Shown here piece after piece: positions 35,385-45,507 of a DNA stretch of 62,269 nt; positions within the stretch are counted from its first letter, which is position 1; every line of letters begins with the position of its first letter. The notes beneath the pieces were generated by a model. The model did no database searches. It was not told the DNA's origin and saw only the letters and a program-made list of their open reading frames with translations. This DNA is from a virus (taxonomy: Duplodnaviria; Caudoviricetes). Position numbers and translations under genes: made by a program. The DNA is taken from positions 1-62,269 of IMG/VR virus record IMGVR_UViG_3300032332_001372, one strand, 5' to 3'.

Positions 35385-35430
35385 TATAACCTAATATATC
35401 GTGACCAACCTAGTGTCCAAGGAGAATAAA

Positions 35431-35796
35431 ATGAGTTTACGCGAAACGATTTTTGAAGCAGACGATATTACGAAAGAATTAGTAGAAGTCCCTGAATGGG
35501 GAGTTTCTGTTGAAATTCGTTCTATGACTGCTGCTGAAAGAGCGGGATTAACCGAAGCATCAACTACAGGTAATGTGAATAAGGTAGACATCTCATTGAT
35601 GTATGCGCTTTGCGTTATTGCAACAGTCTATGACCCAGCAACAGGGTTGCCTATTTTTAAAAAGGGCGATGAAGCAGCAATTCTTTCCAAGAACGGTTCA
35701 GTAATTGAGCGGCTTGCAACGAAAGCAATGGGTTCATCTGGATTTACAGATACAGCGGTAGACGAGGCGGCTAATCGATTTCCACAAGAATCCTGA
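35431..35796 (+). CDS. Tail assembly chaperone (G)
   Basis: VEVPEWGVSVEIRSMTAAER; between tube and tape measure genes. Confidence 0.85.
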   Translation: MSLRETIFEADDITKELVEVPEWGVSVEIRSMTAAERAGLTEASTTGNVNKVDISLMYALCVIATVYDPATGLPIFKKGDEAAILSKNGSVIERLATKAMGSSGFTDTAVDEAANRFPQES

Positions 35797-35965
35797 GCGT
35801 AGGTTTCTTTTCGAACTAGCAGAAAAATTAGGTAGGACGGTGGGCGAACTTCTTTACGGAAGTCCCGCTCACCGCCCCCTATCTAGTAAAGAATTAACAG
35901 AGTGGGCAGCAGTCTGGGCTATTCGCGCAGACGAACATGAAGAAGCGAATAGAAAGGCGAGATAG
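35762..35965 (+). CDS. Tail assembly chaperone frameshift extension (T), +1 frame
   Basis: Open frame NPERRFLFELAEKLGRTVGEL...EW; stop overlaps tape measure start. Confidence 0.65.
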   Translation, partial: TRRLIDFHKNPERRFLFELAEKLGRTVGELLYGSPAHRPLSSKELTEWAAVWAIRADEHEEANRKAR

Positions 35966-38900
35966 TGGCTGATACTCCAACTATGGAAGTCCGCGCTCGC
36001 CTGACCGCTGACTCTGCTCAATTTGTGCAGGGCATGAATAATGCAACTGCCGCAGCAAATCAATTAACTCAAACTGCTTCTCGGGTTAATTCTGCCATGA
36101 CTGGCATCAGTATTGCCGCCGCCGCTGGTATGGGCGGTCTTATTGCTTTAGGTGTGCAATCTTTTATGGCTGCCGCCCGCGTTCAGGAATTAGATGTAGC
36201 AATTAATGCTGTTGGTAAATCAACTGGGCTTGGTTATGATGCAATCAATGCAGCGGCTCATGGCATCAAAGACATGGGTATTGAAATGGCAGTTGCTCAA
36301 CGCTCTGCTTTGATGTTTGCTCAAAATAACTTGAAATTGGCAGATGCCTCCAAGTTAGCGCGAACAGCCCAAGACCTTGCTGTTCTATCAGGCAAAAACT
36401 CAACCGAAGAATTTCAACTTTTAACTTACGCTGTTATGACTCAGCGTTCCGAACTTTTTAAGTCCGCTGGTGTAAACGGAAGCGTTCAACAGGCTTATCA
36501 AAAAATGGCTTCAAGTTTAGGTATTTCAACTAAACAACTGACGGCAGCCCAGAAAGTTCAGGCTGCAATGAATATGGCTCTTGAAGAGGGGGCTAAAGTT
36601 GCTGGAACATACGAAGCGGCAATGACAAGCCCTGGAAAAGTTCTCCGTTCTTTTGCTCGCTTAAACGATAATTTATTAGTTGCAGTTGGAGATGCTTTGC
36701 TTAAAGGCATCGGTCCAATGATTGTTGGTTTTTATAATTTTGAAAAAGCACTTGTTAAAGTTTTTGAAGGAACGGGAGCCGTTCACGATATAATTACAGC
36801 GCTTACGGCTGTAATGGTTCACATTTTTACGCCAATTACTAATTTTGTTACAGGGCTTACTAGCATTGTAGAAAAATTAGATAAAACTAAAATTAACACA
36901 GAAAAATTGGCTGGAGCATTAAACAATGTTTTGCCTATTTTGCTTGCAGTTGGAGCAGCATTTGCAACCGCGGGCGGCGCAGCCATATTTAAAATGGTTC
37001 CAGTTTTAGGAACAATCCTTGGAATGTTAAACCCAGTTGCAGTTGGTTTTGCTGTTTTGGCATTGACTTCAACAAAAGTTCGAGAGGCTTTTGTAAATCT
37101 TGGTAAGGCTTTTATGCCTGTTGTCGGAATTTTAAAAAATGTAGCGTTTGCTTTGCTCAATGTTTTAGGTTACGCAGTAGGAGCAGTTTCTAAATTAATT
37201 AATGGGTTAGCCACAATTGTTCGAGGAACTATTGGTTTTATAGAACGCTTTGCTGGTGTTTTTAAAGCATTGGGGATTGCTGTTGGAATAGTGGCGTTAG
37301 CCTTTGGTGCTTATAAAGTTACTTTAATGGCAATTGCCGCTTGGCAAGCAATTACTGGAGCCGCATCCATTGCTCTTGGTGTTGCTATGGATATTATGGC
37401 TGGAGCAATGCTTATTGCTGAGGCTGCAACAGGAGGGCTTGCCGCTGGTTTTGCTGCTTTGACCGCCATTTTAGAATTAAATCCGTTTGCATTAATAGTT
37501 GGAGCAATTTTTGCTTTTATCGCTGCAATGGTTGTTTTATACAATACCAACGACTCGGCAAGAAAAATAATTACACAAGTTTTTAACACTATTGCGCAAG
37601 TAATTGGAACCGTAGTTGGAACTGCTCTCAATTGGATTGGACAATGGCTTATTGCTTTTGGTTCCTTAATGGACACGCACACTACTTTTGGCAAAGTTGT
37701 TGCAAATGTGTTTCAATTTATTTATAGCACCGTATTAACGGTAGTTCAATTTATCTTAAAATATTATAAATTCTGGCTTGATGCTTTTGTTTCTTTATTT
37801 GAAGGTCATTCAACTCTAGCAAAAATTGTTGCAACAGTATTTAAATTTGTTGCTGAGTTTATTGGTGGTGCTATTAACTTTGTTTTGCAAGTATTTGCAA
37901 ATATCCTTAAAGGCATTGCAACATTAATTCACTATTTTGAAGTATTTGGTCAGTTTGTTGGAAAAGTTTGGGGAACTGTCACTTCTATGCTTGGAAAGGC
38001 TGCCTCAGCCATAGGTTCAATTTTTGAAATTATTGTAAAAAATACAATTGTTAAATTTCTTGACATGGTTAAAGACAAATTAGCATCAGCCATTGAATTT
38101 TTAGCCCGTGCTGCTAGTAAAATTCCTGGAATTGGAGGCGCTATCTCAGGATTTTTAAATGATATGGCTGCTTCCTTACGCGGAGTTTCAAAAGATGTAA
38201 CCGATTTTAATTCAGCAGCAACAAACATTGCAACTGATAAAATTGCTAAAGACGCATCAAATAGTATTTCTACCCTCACTAAAGCAGGATTAGCCATGGC
38301 TGATGTGACTCAAGGTTGGGGTAATTATAAAACTGGAGTGGCGGGAGCAATTTCAACCGTTGCTAATGCTTTATCTAAGGCTGGGGAAGCGGTTGTAAAA
38401 TTTACTGGAAATCTTGAACCTTTAAAAGCAATTGATTTGTTAGTAAAAGGTGCAGATAAAGCATCTGATGCACTTGGATTTGTTATTGACAAATTAGGCA
38501 CCATGAAAGAATTCCAAGTTGGTTCTAAATTAGTAGATTCAGTTGGAAACATTTCAACAAGCGCTGGAAAAATGCTTATTGGAATTAGTGCTGGCATTGA
38601 ATCATTTTTATCAGGCGATGTTTTAGGCAAAATTACAGGTGGAATTGGCGACCTCGTAGCAAGCCTAAAAGAAACAGTTGGTTTTGGCGATATTCTTGCA
38701 AAACTTAAAGAACAATTTAAGGGAAATGACGCAAATCCAAATGAAACAGCGGCAGACAACTTAGGAAAAAATACCGCCGCTGATATTAAAAACAAAGCGG
38801 ACCAGATGCAAAAAATTCGTGATGCTATGCGGGCTGGTTTAGATGCAATAAGTAAAGTCATGGATGATTTACAACAGGCTGCAAAAGATTTTGCTAATAG

Positions 38901-39453
38901 TCTAAAAGACACAATTGTAGGTTTTGCTGGTCTAAAGGGAGTTGAACTTCCAGACGGATTTATTCCACAGGCTAAATCTCTTATTGAAAATATGCAGATG
39001 AAGTTGAACAAAGCAACTCAATTCTCAGGGCAAATTGCTCAACTTCAGGCTATGAACCTTGATGCTGGAGCGCTTAAACAAATTATTGAGGCTGGACCAA
39101 TTCAAGGCGCTCAATTAGCGGCTTCAATCCTGGGTGGCGGTCAAGAAGCGGTGGACCAAGTTAGCAGTCTACAAAAGGCTATTGAGTTTGCTGGCGCCAC
39201 AATTGGAAACCAGGGCATGATTGCTGCGGGTTATCCAGCGATGATTGCAAACGCTCAAGATAAATATAATTCAATTGCAAACGCAGACCTTGCCGTTGGT
39301 GGCAAAGGAACAACCGTTAATATTTCCGAAGGAGCATTTAAAATTTCAATTGATACATCTAAGGCAACAACCACAGATGAAGCAACTCAAATGATTTCAG
39401 ATGCAATTCAGGCTGCTTTTGCAACACTCGGAAAAGAATTGGCGGCTAAATAA
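35965..39453 (+). CDS. Tape measure protein
   Basis: 1162 aa, Ala-rich helical, hydrophobic middle, position. Confidence 0.95.
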   Translation: MADTPTMEVRARLTADSAQFVQGMNNATAAANQLTQTASRVNSAMTGISIAAAAGMGGLIALGVQSFMAAARVQELDVAINAVGKSTGLGYDAINAAAHGIKDMGIEMAVAQRSALMFAQNNLKLADASKLARTAQDLAVLSGKNSTEEFQLLTYAVMTQRSELFKSAGVNGSVQQAYQKMASSLGISTKQLTAAQKVQAAMNMALEEGAKVAGTYEAAMTSPGKVLRSFARLNDNLLVAVGDALLKGIGPMIVGFYNFEKALVKVFEGTGAVHDIITALTAVMVHIFTPITNFVTGLTSIVEKLDKTKINTEKLAGALNNVLPILLAVGAAFATAGGAAIFKMVPVLGTILGMLNPVAVGFAVLALTSTKVREAFVNLGKAFMPVVGILKNVAFALLNVLGYAVGAVSKLINGLATIVRGTIGFIERFAGVFKALGIAVGIVALAFGAYKVTLMAIAAWQAITGAASIALGVAMDIMAGAMLIAEAATGGLAAGFAALTAILELNPFALIVGAIFAFIAAMVVLYNTNDSARKIITQVFNTIAQVIGTVVGTALNWIGQWLIAFGSLMDTHTTFGKVVANVFQFIYSTVLTVVQFILKYYKFWLDAFVSLFEGHSTLAKIVATVFKFVAEFIGGAINFVLQVFANILKGIATLIHYFEVFGQFVGKVWGTVTSMLGKAASAIGSIFEIIVKNTIVKFLDMVKDKLASAIEFLARAASKIPGIGGAISGFLNDMAASLRGVSKDVTDFNSAATNIATDKIAKDASNSISTLTKAGLAMADVTQGWGNYKTGVAGAISTVANALSKAGEAVVKFTGNLEPLKAIDLLVKGADKASDALGFVIDKLGTMKEFQVGSKLVDSVGNISTSAGKMLIGISAGIESFLSGDVLGKITGGIGDLVASLKETVGFGDILAKLKEQFKGNDANPNETAADNLGKNTAADIKNKADQMQKIRDAMRAGLDAISKVMDDLQQAAKDFANSLKDTIVGFAGLKGVELPDGFIPQAKSLIENMQMKLNKATQFSGQIAQLQAMNLDAGALKQIIEAGPIQGAQLAASILGGGQEAVDQVSSLQKAIEFAGATIGNQGMIAAGYPAMIANAQDKYNSIANADLAVGGKGTTVNISEGAFKISIDTSKATTTDEATQMISDAIQAAFATLGKELAAK

Positions 39454-41027
39454 TGGCTACATATGTTTTGCGCCCAAATGCTAATTGGAATAATAATGCT
39501 GCTTTTACAAATACTGGTGGAGCCGCTACCCATCACGCTGCTTTGGCAGATGATAGCGATTCAACTTACATAACCCGAACAAGCACAACGGTTCCAGCAG
39601 CCTATGAAATGGAATTAGGAACTACAACTTTGGCTGCTACCGAAAAAGTTGTTTCAGTAAATCTTCGAGCCAAACTGAATGTTGGAACAAATGGAATTGC
39701 TCAATTAAGCCTTGGTGTAATTACAGACCGTAATGGTCGCACAGTTTATTATTCAGTTCCTTTCACTAAACAAAAAACATTTGCTACAGCAATTGTAGAT
39801 GCCTCTCTTTATCTCACAACCGCTCCTGATGGTTCAGCCTGGTCACAAACCCTAATTGATAATCTTGTAGTTAAGTTTCAAGACGGTGCAACAGCCTCGG
39901 GTGACCGTTCTCAACTTTTAGAAGTATATGTAGATGTTTTAACTACAGCACAACCAACTACAACTGTTACAGCGCCTTCTGGCACTATCTCGGATACATC
40001 TTTTCCTGCTGTTACCTGGACTTACGCCGATGCTGACGGTGATATTCAATCTGCCTATGAAATTAAAATATTTAGTGCTGCTCAATATGGTGCAACTGGA
40101 TTTAGTGCGGATACTTCTACCTCGGTTGCCACCACGGGGGTAATTATTTCTACAAACAATGGTCAAACCCTTGAGTTAGATTTACCAAATTCAACAACCT
40201 ATCGCGCCTATGTAAGAACTGCTCAATTGGTTAATGGTGTTAATTACTTTAGCAATTGGGCTTATAGTCAATTTACTATGGGTATTGATTCCCCAGCAAT
40301 TCCAACAATTTCTGCGTATTACGATACAAATGATGGTTCCGTTGCTGTAACTGTTTTTGGAAGAACCAATGTCCTATCCGCAAACCAGGCTTCATTTGAA
40401 ACAGATACAACTGGGTGGCAAGTTGGAGATAATTGCACCATTGCCAGAACAACTTCCCAGGCAAGCGATGGAAGCGCTTCATTGTCTTTGACATCTATTG
40501 GCGCTGGGACCATGACAGCATCGACAACATCGGCTACTAAATTTTCCGTAACAGCAAATCAAAATTTTTCCGCTACTGCTGAATTCAGAAGTGCGTCCAC
40601 CGTTCGCTCTTGCGCAGTTGGAATTATTTGGCTTACTTCCGCTGGTGCCGCAATTTCAACACTTTATGGGACTTCAAGCGTTGATTCAAATAGTAGTTGG
40701 AGTCAAAAAACAGTAACGGGGACGGCTCCTGCTACCGCCGCTTATGCTCAAGTAATTGTAAAAGTAGTTGAAACTTCAACTATTGGTGAAGTGCATTATG
40801 TAGATAAAATTGCATTTCATGCGGGAAGTTCCCCATTTTGGACTCGCGGAGGATTTTCAAATTTTGTTTTTGATATTGAGCGCACGGATGACAATGGCTC
40901 AACCTACAGCGCTATTAGAAACAGCCCTGTAACCGCATCCTCCGCACAAATTGCACAATTACTTGATTATGAAGTTCCATTAAATGCTGTTGTTTACTAC
41001 AGAGCGAAAGCAAAGGCGACTATCTAA
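39453..41027 (+). CDS. Minor tail protein with FN3-like and carbohydrate-binding-like domains
   Basis: NVLSANQASFETDTTGW; follows tape measure gene. Confidence 0.75.
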   Translation: MATYVLRPNANWNNNAAFTNTGGAATHHAALADDSDSTYITRTSTTVPAAYEMELGTTTLAATEKVVSVNLRAKLNVGTNGIAQLSLGVITDRNGRTVYYSVPFTKQKTFATAIVDASLYLTTAPDGSAWSQTLIDNLVVKFQDGATASGDRSQLLEVYVDVLTTAQPTTTVTAPSGTISDTSFPAVTWTYADADGDIQSAYEIKIFSAAQYGATGFSADTSTSVATTGVIISTNNGQTLELDLPNSTTYRAYVRTAQLVNGVNYFSNWAYSQFTMGIDSPAIPTISAYYDTNDGSVAVTVFGRTNVLSANQASFETDTTGWQVGDNCTIARTTSQASDGSASLSLTSIGAGTMTASTTSATKFSVTANQNFSATAEFRSASTVRSCAVGIIWLTSAGAAISTLYGTSSVDSNSSWSQKTVTGTAPATAAYAQVIVKVVETSTIGEVHYVDKIAFHAGSSPFWTRGGFSNFVFDIERTDDNGSTYSAIRNSPVTASSAQIAQLLDYEVPLNAVVYYRAKAKATI

Positions 41028-41452
41028 TGCCAGTTTTATCATCAGGTTATGTAACCTCTTCAGCCATTCAAGTATTAAATCCCGAGTATTGGTCATTTGT
41101 TGCGCCTGAATCTCCTACAATTTCTATTAGCAATATTGCAGTTCAACAACCTTTAACTTCAAATATTGTTGAATCTTATGGAAGTTTTAAACCTCTTGGC
41201 TCAGCAAAAACTATTGTTGTTGCGGGAAGTATTTATGGAGTTGATGGAAGTTATGAAATTACAGTTCAAGGAGAAACAGCCTGGGCTGCTTTAGAAGCGG
41301 TTATTACATATCAAGGAACACTTCATGTTCACGACCCTTTAGGGCGTCAAAAATATGTTCGCTTAGTTGATAGAAACCTTATTGAATCAGGACCAATCGA
41401 TAATCTTATTCGCACAGTTAAAGTTAATTATTTTGAAGTAGATGCCCCGTAA
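41027..41452 (+). CDS. Minor tail protein
   Basis: Coupled ORF in tail tip region. Confidence 0.7.
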   Translation: MPVLSSGYVTSSAIQVLNPEYWSFVAPESPTISISNIAVQQPLTSNIVESYGSFKPLGSAKTIVVAGSIYGVDGSYEITVQGETAWAALEAVITYQGTLHVHDPLGRQKYVRLVDRNLIESGPIDNLIRTVKVNYFEVDAP

Positions 41453-42570
41453 TGTATCCAGTATCGGACGCTTTTTTAGCCGCTGTTCGTAAATCTCATA
41501 TAAGCATAGTTCAGGTTGAAATTTACGACATTGCTAACGGAAAAGTAATAAGCACGGTTTCTCCTATTGATGGAGAAGTAACCATTGATAACCGCAGAAC
41601 AATCCGTCGTCAATGCTCATTAACTTTTGTAGATGCTGTTGGAGATTTAGTTCCAAAAAACAACCGTTCTGCCATTTTTTTACCATACAACAGAGAACTT
41701 CGTGTATACCGTGGTGTTAAATTTGCTGACGGTAGCGAAGAGTTAGTGCCTCTTGGAGTTTTTATCTTAACAGATGTAAATATTACGGATACAGCCCAGG
41801 GCGTAAAAATTGAAGTGCAAGGCTCAGATAGAAGCCTTAAAGTTCAAAAGGCTAAATTTACCGACCATAGTTTTTACATTTCAAATAATACTGCAAAAGA
41901 AACAGCAATTGACCAAATACTTAAAAACCGTTTTCCTAAAATTAAAACAATCTTTCCTGCCACAAATCAAGTAACAACATTGCTTTACCCAACTCTTGAC
42001 CAATCATCAGACCCATGGAAAGAATCTTTAAAAATTGCTGAGTCCGCTGGCATGGATTTATATTTTGATGAAGTTGGAACTTGCCGTATGCGTCCTATCC
42101 CAGACCCAGATGTTGATTTGCCAGTTCAAACCTACACAGACACGGTTGATTCTGTGCTAACGCAATTATCAAGAAATCTTTCAAGCAGCGATACTTACAA
42201 CGGTGTCATTTACACAGGGGAAGGAACAAATCTTTCCATTGGTGTAATCGGGACAGCCTGGGACGATAATCCCGCCTCGCCCACATACCGCTATTCTTAC
42301 GGAGAAGTTCCATTGTTTAAATCATCTCCGACAATTCTTACAACAGGAGAAGCAACAGCGGCAGCCCAGGCTGAGTTACGCAAAGTTATTGGCGCTGCTG
42401 AAAAAATCACCTGGGACCAGATTGTAAATCCTGCCCATGATGTCTACGATATTGTCAAGATTGTTCGTGATAAATCAGGGGTAGACAGAAACCTTGTTAT
42501 TGACTCAATAACAATCCCTCTTTCACCCAGTTCAACTATGAACGCAAATGGGAGAACAAGGAGATTTTAA
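41452..42570 (+). CDS. Tail hub/baseplate protein (DUF5047-like)
   Basis: MYPVSDAFLAAV, ELVPLGVF, SPTY..YGEVP. Confidence 0.75.
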   Translation: MYPVSDAFLAAVRKSHISIVQVEIYDIANGKVISTVSPIDGEVTIDNRRTIRRQCSLTFVDAVGDLVPKNNRSAIFLPYNRELRVYRGVKFADGSEELVPLGVFILTDVNITDTAQGVKIEVQGSDRSLKVQKAKFTDHSFYISNNTAKETAIDQILKNRFPKIKTIFPATNQVTTLLYPTLDQSSDPWKESLKIAESAGMDLYFDEVGTCRMRPIPDPDVDLPVQTYTDTVDSVLTQLSRNLSSSDTYNGVIYTGEGTNLSIGVIGTAWDDNPASPTYRYSYGEVPLFKSSPTILTTGEATAAAQAELRKVIGAAEKITWDQIVNPAHDVYDIVKIVRDKSGVDRNLVIDSITIPLSPSSTMNANGRTRRF

Positions 42571-42812
42571 TGGACCTAAATTATCTTGTTAAGCAAATAA
42601 AAGAACCTTCATCGGGTTTGCGTTTGCGTCAGGGAGAAGTGGTAACACACAACAATGCTGCAAAAACTGTAGATATTCGCCTTGCTGGTGACCCAAATAT
42701 ATTGCCGTCTGTCAAATATCTAAAAAGTTATTCCAACCCAACCGCTGGAGATATTATTTTTCTTTTGACTAGCGGTGCTGACATTTTAGCCCTTGGTCAT
42801 ATCGCATCATAA
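42570..42812 (+). CDS. Small OB-fold-like tail tip protein
   Basis: LRQGEV...YLKSY.P..GD...LALG. Confidence 0.6.
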   Translation: MDLNYLVKQIKEPSSGLRLRQGEVVTHNNAAKTVDIRLAGDPNILPSVKYLKSYSNPTAGDIIFLLTSGADILALGHIAS

Positions 42813-42866
42813 ACCGTGGTTCATAAAGTAATAGGCTATTATTAACCATCTGACTTAGGAGTTAAT

Positions 42867-43142
42867 ATGACAAAGACACAAAAGGCAGCGCTCGCTTCAT
42901 ACGGACGCTCATTTCTGGCAGCAATGGTTACAGCATTTATGGCAACAGGTGGCGACCTTTTCGCCCTCGACGCAGATACAGCCAAGGGAATCCTTGCAGC
43001 GGGTATTGCCTCCATCCTCCCTGTTGCACTTCGTTACGCTAACAAAAAGGACCCAGCATTTGGGCGAGTTGCTGAAATTGCAGCAACAGAAGGCATGAAG
43101 AAACTCACAAAAAAGGCTCCTGCCAAGAAAGCGGCTAAGTAA
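42867..43142 (+). CDS. Holin
   Basis: Two TM segments, basic tail, precedes endolysin. Confidence 0.75.
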   Translation: MTKTQKAALASYGRSFLAAMVTAFMATGGDLFALDADTAKGILAAGIASILPVALRYANKKDPAFGRVAEIAATEGMKKLTKKAPAKKAAK

Positions 43143-43624
43143 TGGCTAAAGCAGCCGATGTCCTTTCCCATGCTCAAAAATTTGTAGAAGAAAAATATGT
43201 CGAAAGTGGCGACAATCAAACAATTATGGGCAAGTGGTATGGGACTAATGGCTTGCCATGGTGTGCAGCCTATGTTTCATATTGTTTTCATTTAGCAGGC
43301 GCATTAGATTTAATTAAAATGACTGGCAAAAAAGGTTTTGCTTCATGCGATGTTGGAATGAAGGCTTTTGCTAAGGCTGGAATGTTAGTTCCAGTCGGAC
43401 AGGCTAAACCAGGAGATATTGTTTTTTTCCAATTTGACGCCGATGCACAGCCAGACCATGTTGGATTTGTTTACTCAAATGATGGAAAGAATTTAATTTG
43501 TTTTGAAGGTAATACAAGTTCCGATGCAAAGGGGTCACAGTCAAATGGCGGAATGTGCGCAAAGAAGAAGCGTCCATATTCCCTTGTCATGGCAGTTGCC
43601 CGACCAAAATACGAAACGGCGTAA
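43142..43624 (+). CDS. Endolysin, CHAP domain
   Basis: PWCAAYVS, PGDIVFF, DHVG, EGNT. Confidence 0.9.
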   Translation: MAKAADVLSHAQKFVEEKYVESGDNQTIMGKWYGTNGLPWCAAYVSYCFHLAGALDLIKMTGKKGFASCDVGMKAFAKAGMLVPVGQAKPGDIVFFQFDADAQPDHVGFVYSNDGKNLICFEGNTSSDAKGSQSNGGMCAKKKRPYSLVMAVARPKYETA

Positions 43625-43626
43625 TT

Positions 43627-43905
43627 ATGGCAGAACACGAAGTAACCCTTGGGGAAATCATGCGCAGGCTGGATGAACTCAGCGACGGCATGAAACAACT
43701 TAACAACTCCATCGGTGAAACTTATGTCAGACGCGATGTGTATTCTGCTGATTCACAAAAGATTTCTGTAACTTACGACCACATGATTCAGCGCCTTGAA
43801 AAAATGGAATCACGCTCAGAATGGGTGGTCCGCACAGTTGGAGTAATCCTTATTGGAGCGGTTATAACTGGCACCGTCTATCTAAAGGGCGCACTAGGCA
43901 TTTAG
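43627..43905 (+). CDS. Coiled-coil plus C-terminal TM lysis-region protein
   Basis: MAEHEVTLGEIMRRLD...; TM at end. Confidence 0.7.
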   Translation: MAEHEVTLGEIMRRLDELSDGMKQLNNSIGETYVRRDVYSADSQKISVTYDHMIQRLEKMESRSEWVVRTVGVILIGAVITGTVYLKGALGI

Positions 43906-43961
43906 ATTTGACATTCCCAACTGGGGTGTTATATCCTCTCCCTTAACGAGAGGAGCAATAC

Positions 43962-44498
43962 ATGACACAACCAGCAATCGACGAATTCGAAGTAGTCGAA
44001 GCACCAGCACCCGAAGGCTTTCGCGTTGATGATGACGAAAAGGCTGAATGGGCAGTTCGAAAGTTAGCCCGTATCCGACGCAAGCAATCGGAAAACAAAT
44101 CAATCTATGACCAAGAATTAGAGCGCATCTCAGAATGGCTCAAAACGGTCAATGAAGCCCTTGAAAGGGACGCCGCATACTTTGAGGCAGTCCTTACCCC
44201 ATACGCGCTCCAGGAGCGCTCCAATGGTCGCAAATCGCTAGTCCTGCCCCACGGCACAGTCAAAACTACGGCTGGTCGCGCCAAGATTGAATTTGAGTCC
44301 GAAGATAAATTTATCGAATGGGCAAAGAGCAACGACCCTGAGTTAATCCGTATCAAACACGAAATCAACAAAAAAGCACTAAATGATTTGATTACGGACG
44401 ATTACCAGGTAATATCAACTCAAGGTGAAATTATCCCTGGAACCAAGGTAATACCACCGACACCATCCGTTTCATTTGCTCTAGGAGAGGATAAGTAA
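43962..44498 (+). CDS. Mu Gam-like host-nuclease inhibitor
   Basis: AEWAVRKL, KSLVLPHGTV, EINKKAL. Confidence 0.8.
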   Translation: MTQPAIDEFEVVEAPAPEGFRVDDDEKAEWAVRKLARIRRKQSENKSIYDQELERISEWLKTVNEALERDAAYFEAVLTPYALQERSNGRKSLVLPHGTVKTTAGRAKIEFESEDKFIEWAKSNDPELIRIKHEINKKALNDLITDDYQVISTQGEIIPGTKVIPPTPSVSFALGEDK

Positions 44499-45143
44499 AT
44501 GCCAACTGTAATTCAATTGCTTAACGAAGTTATGAAAGATGTTGGAGCCATTAGCAAAACTGACAAGAATACTTCGCAGGGATTTAATTTCCGCGGAATT
44601 GATTCAGTCATTAATGCTGTATCCCCAGCACTTCGCAAACATGGAATTGTTGTAGTTCCGTGCGTTGATGATTACCAATACGAATCAATCGAAATTGGAA
44701 AAAACCGAACAGTCATGGGTCATGTCAAGGTGCGAGTTACTTACACTTTTGCAGGTCCCGACGGCGATGCAATTAAAGCAAGCGTTGTAGGAGAAGCCAT
44801 GGATGCAGGCGATAAAGCAACAGCAAAAGCCATGTCAGTTGCATTTCGCACAGCCTTACTTCAATCACTTTGTCTGCCAACAGATGACATTGACCCAGAT
44901 GCTCAATCATACGAGCGCTCTGAAAAAGTTGTTGTTGATACAAAGGCGCTCGCAACTGCAATAGCACAAGCGGGTGACATTGAAACTTTGGCAAAAATTG
45001 GTCAATACATCACAACTAACAAAGACCACATCGAGCCAACAATTCTCGAAACATTGCGTTTGTCATTCAAGGAAGCGCAATCAAAAGTTGCTGTAGCAGT
45101 AGTTGAAAACCCAAAGGTGATTGATGAACCAATCAATGCCTGA
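44499..45143 (+). CDS. erf: ERF-family single-strand annealing protein
   Basis: GFNFRGID, GEAMDAGDKATAKAMSVA. Confidence 0.85.
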   Translation: MPTVIQLLNEVMKDVGAISKTDKNTSQGFNFRGIDSVINAVSPALRKHGIVVVPCVDDYQYESIEIGKNRTVMGHVKVRVTYTFAGPDGDAIKASVVGEAMDAGDKATAKAMSVAFRTALLQSLCLPTDDIDPDAQSYERSEKVVVDTKALATAIAQAGDIETLAKIGQYITTNKDHIEPTILETLRLSFKEAQSKVAVAVVENPKVIDEPINA

Positions 45144-45507
45144 GTTGCCTTATGCGGGAACTTCGGGGTATTCGGGAACGGATACCTCGGAGAACCGAGC
45201 AAGGTCTGAAGATGCCAGCGGGAAAACAGGCAAGCGCCAAAAAGAAACATTGATGTATCTATGGATGCAGCATGAACAAGGTGCAACCTGGAAGGAAATC
45301 GCCGATGAACTTGGCTTGCACCATGGGTCAGCAAGTGGCGTATTATCCGTCCTCCATCTAACAGGAAAAATTGAACGCCTTGCGGAGAGTCGCAACCGTT
45401 GCAAAATTTATGTTCTTCCTGAATATGTGGCTGGTCGAAAGACCGAACTACACCGAGGCAAAAAGTCATCGGTTCATAATTGTTGGAATTGCGGAGTTAA
45501 TTTATGA
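45136..45507 (+). CDS. Winged-helix DNA-binding protein
   Basis: GATWKEIADELGLHHGSASG. Confidence 0.7.
   Translation: MPELPYAGTSGYSGTDTSENRARSEDASGKTGKRQKETLMYLWMQHEQGATWKEIADELGLHHGSASGVLSVLHLTGKIERLAESRNRCKIYVLPEYVAGRKTELHRGKKSSVHNCWNCGVNL

Noticed and set aside
36819-39011. Long antisense ORFs within the tape measure gene
   Set aside because: Expected from codon bias on the opposite strand; no RBS or protein-like features
43962-44498. Mu-like transposable phage, suggested by Gam, Com-like, MuF and portal families
   Set aside because: No transposase or host-DNA ends; replication genes are of initiator/ERF type
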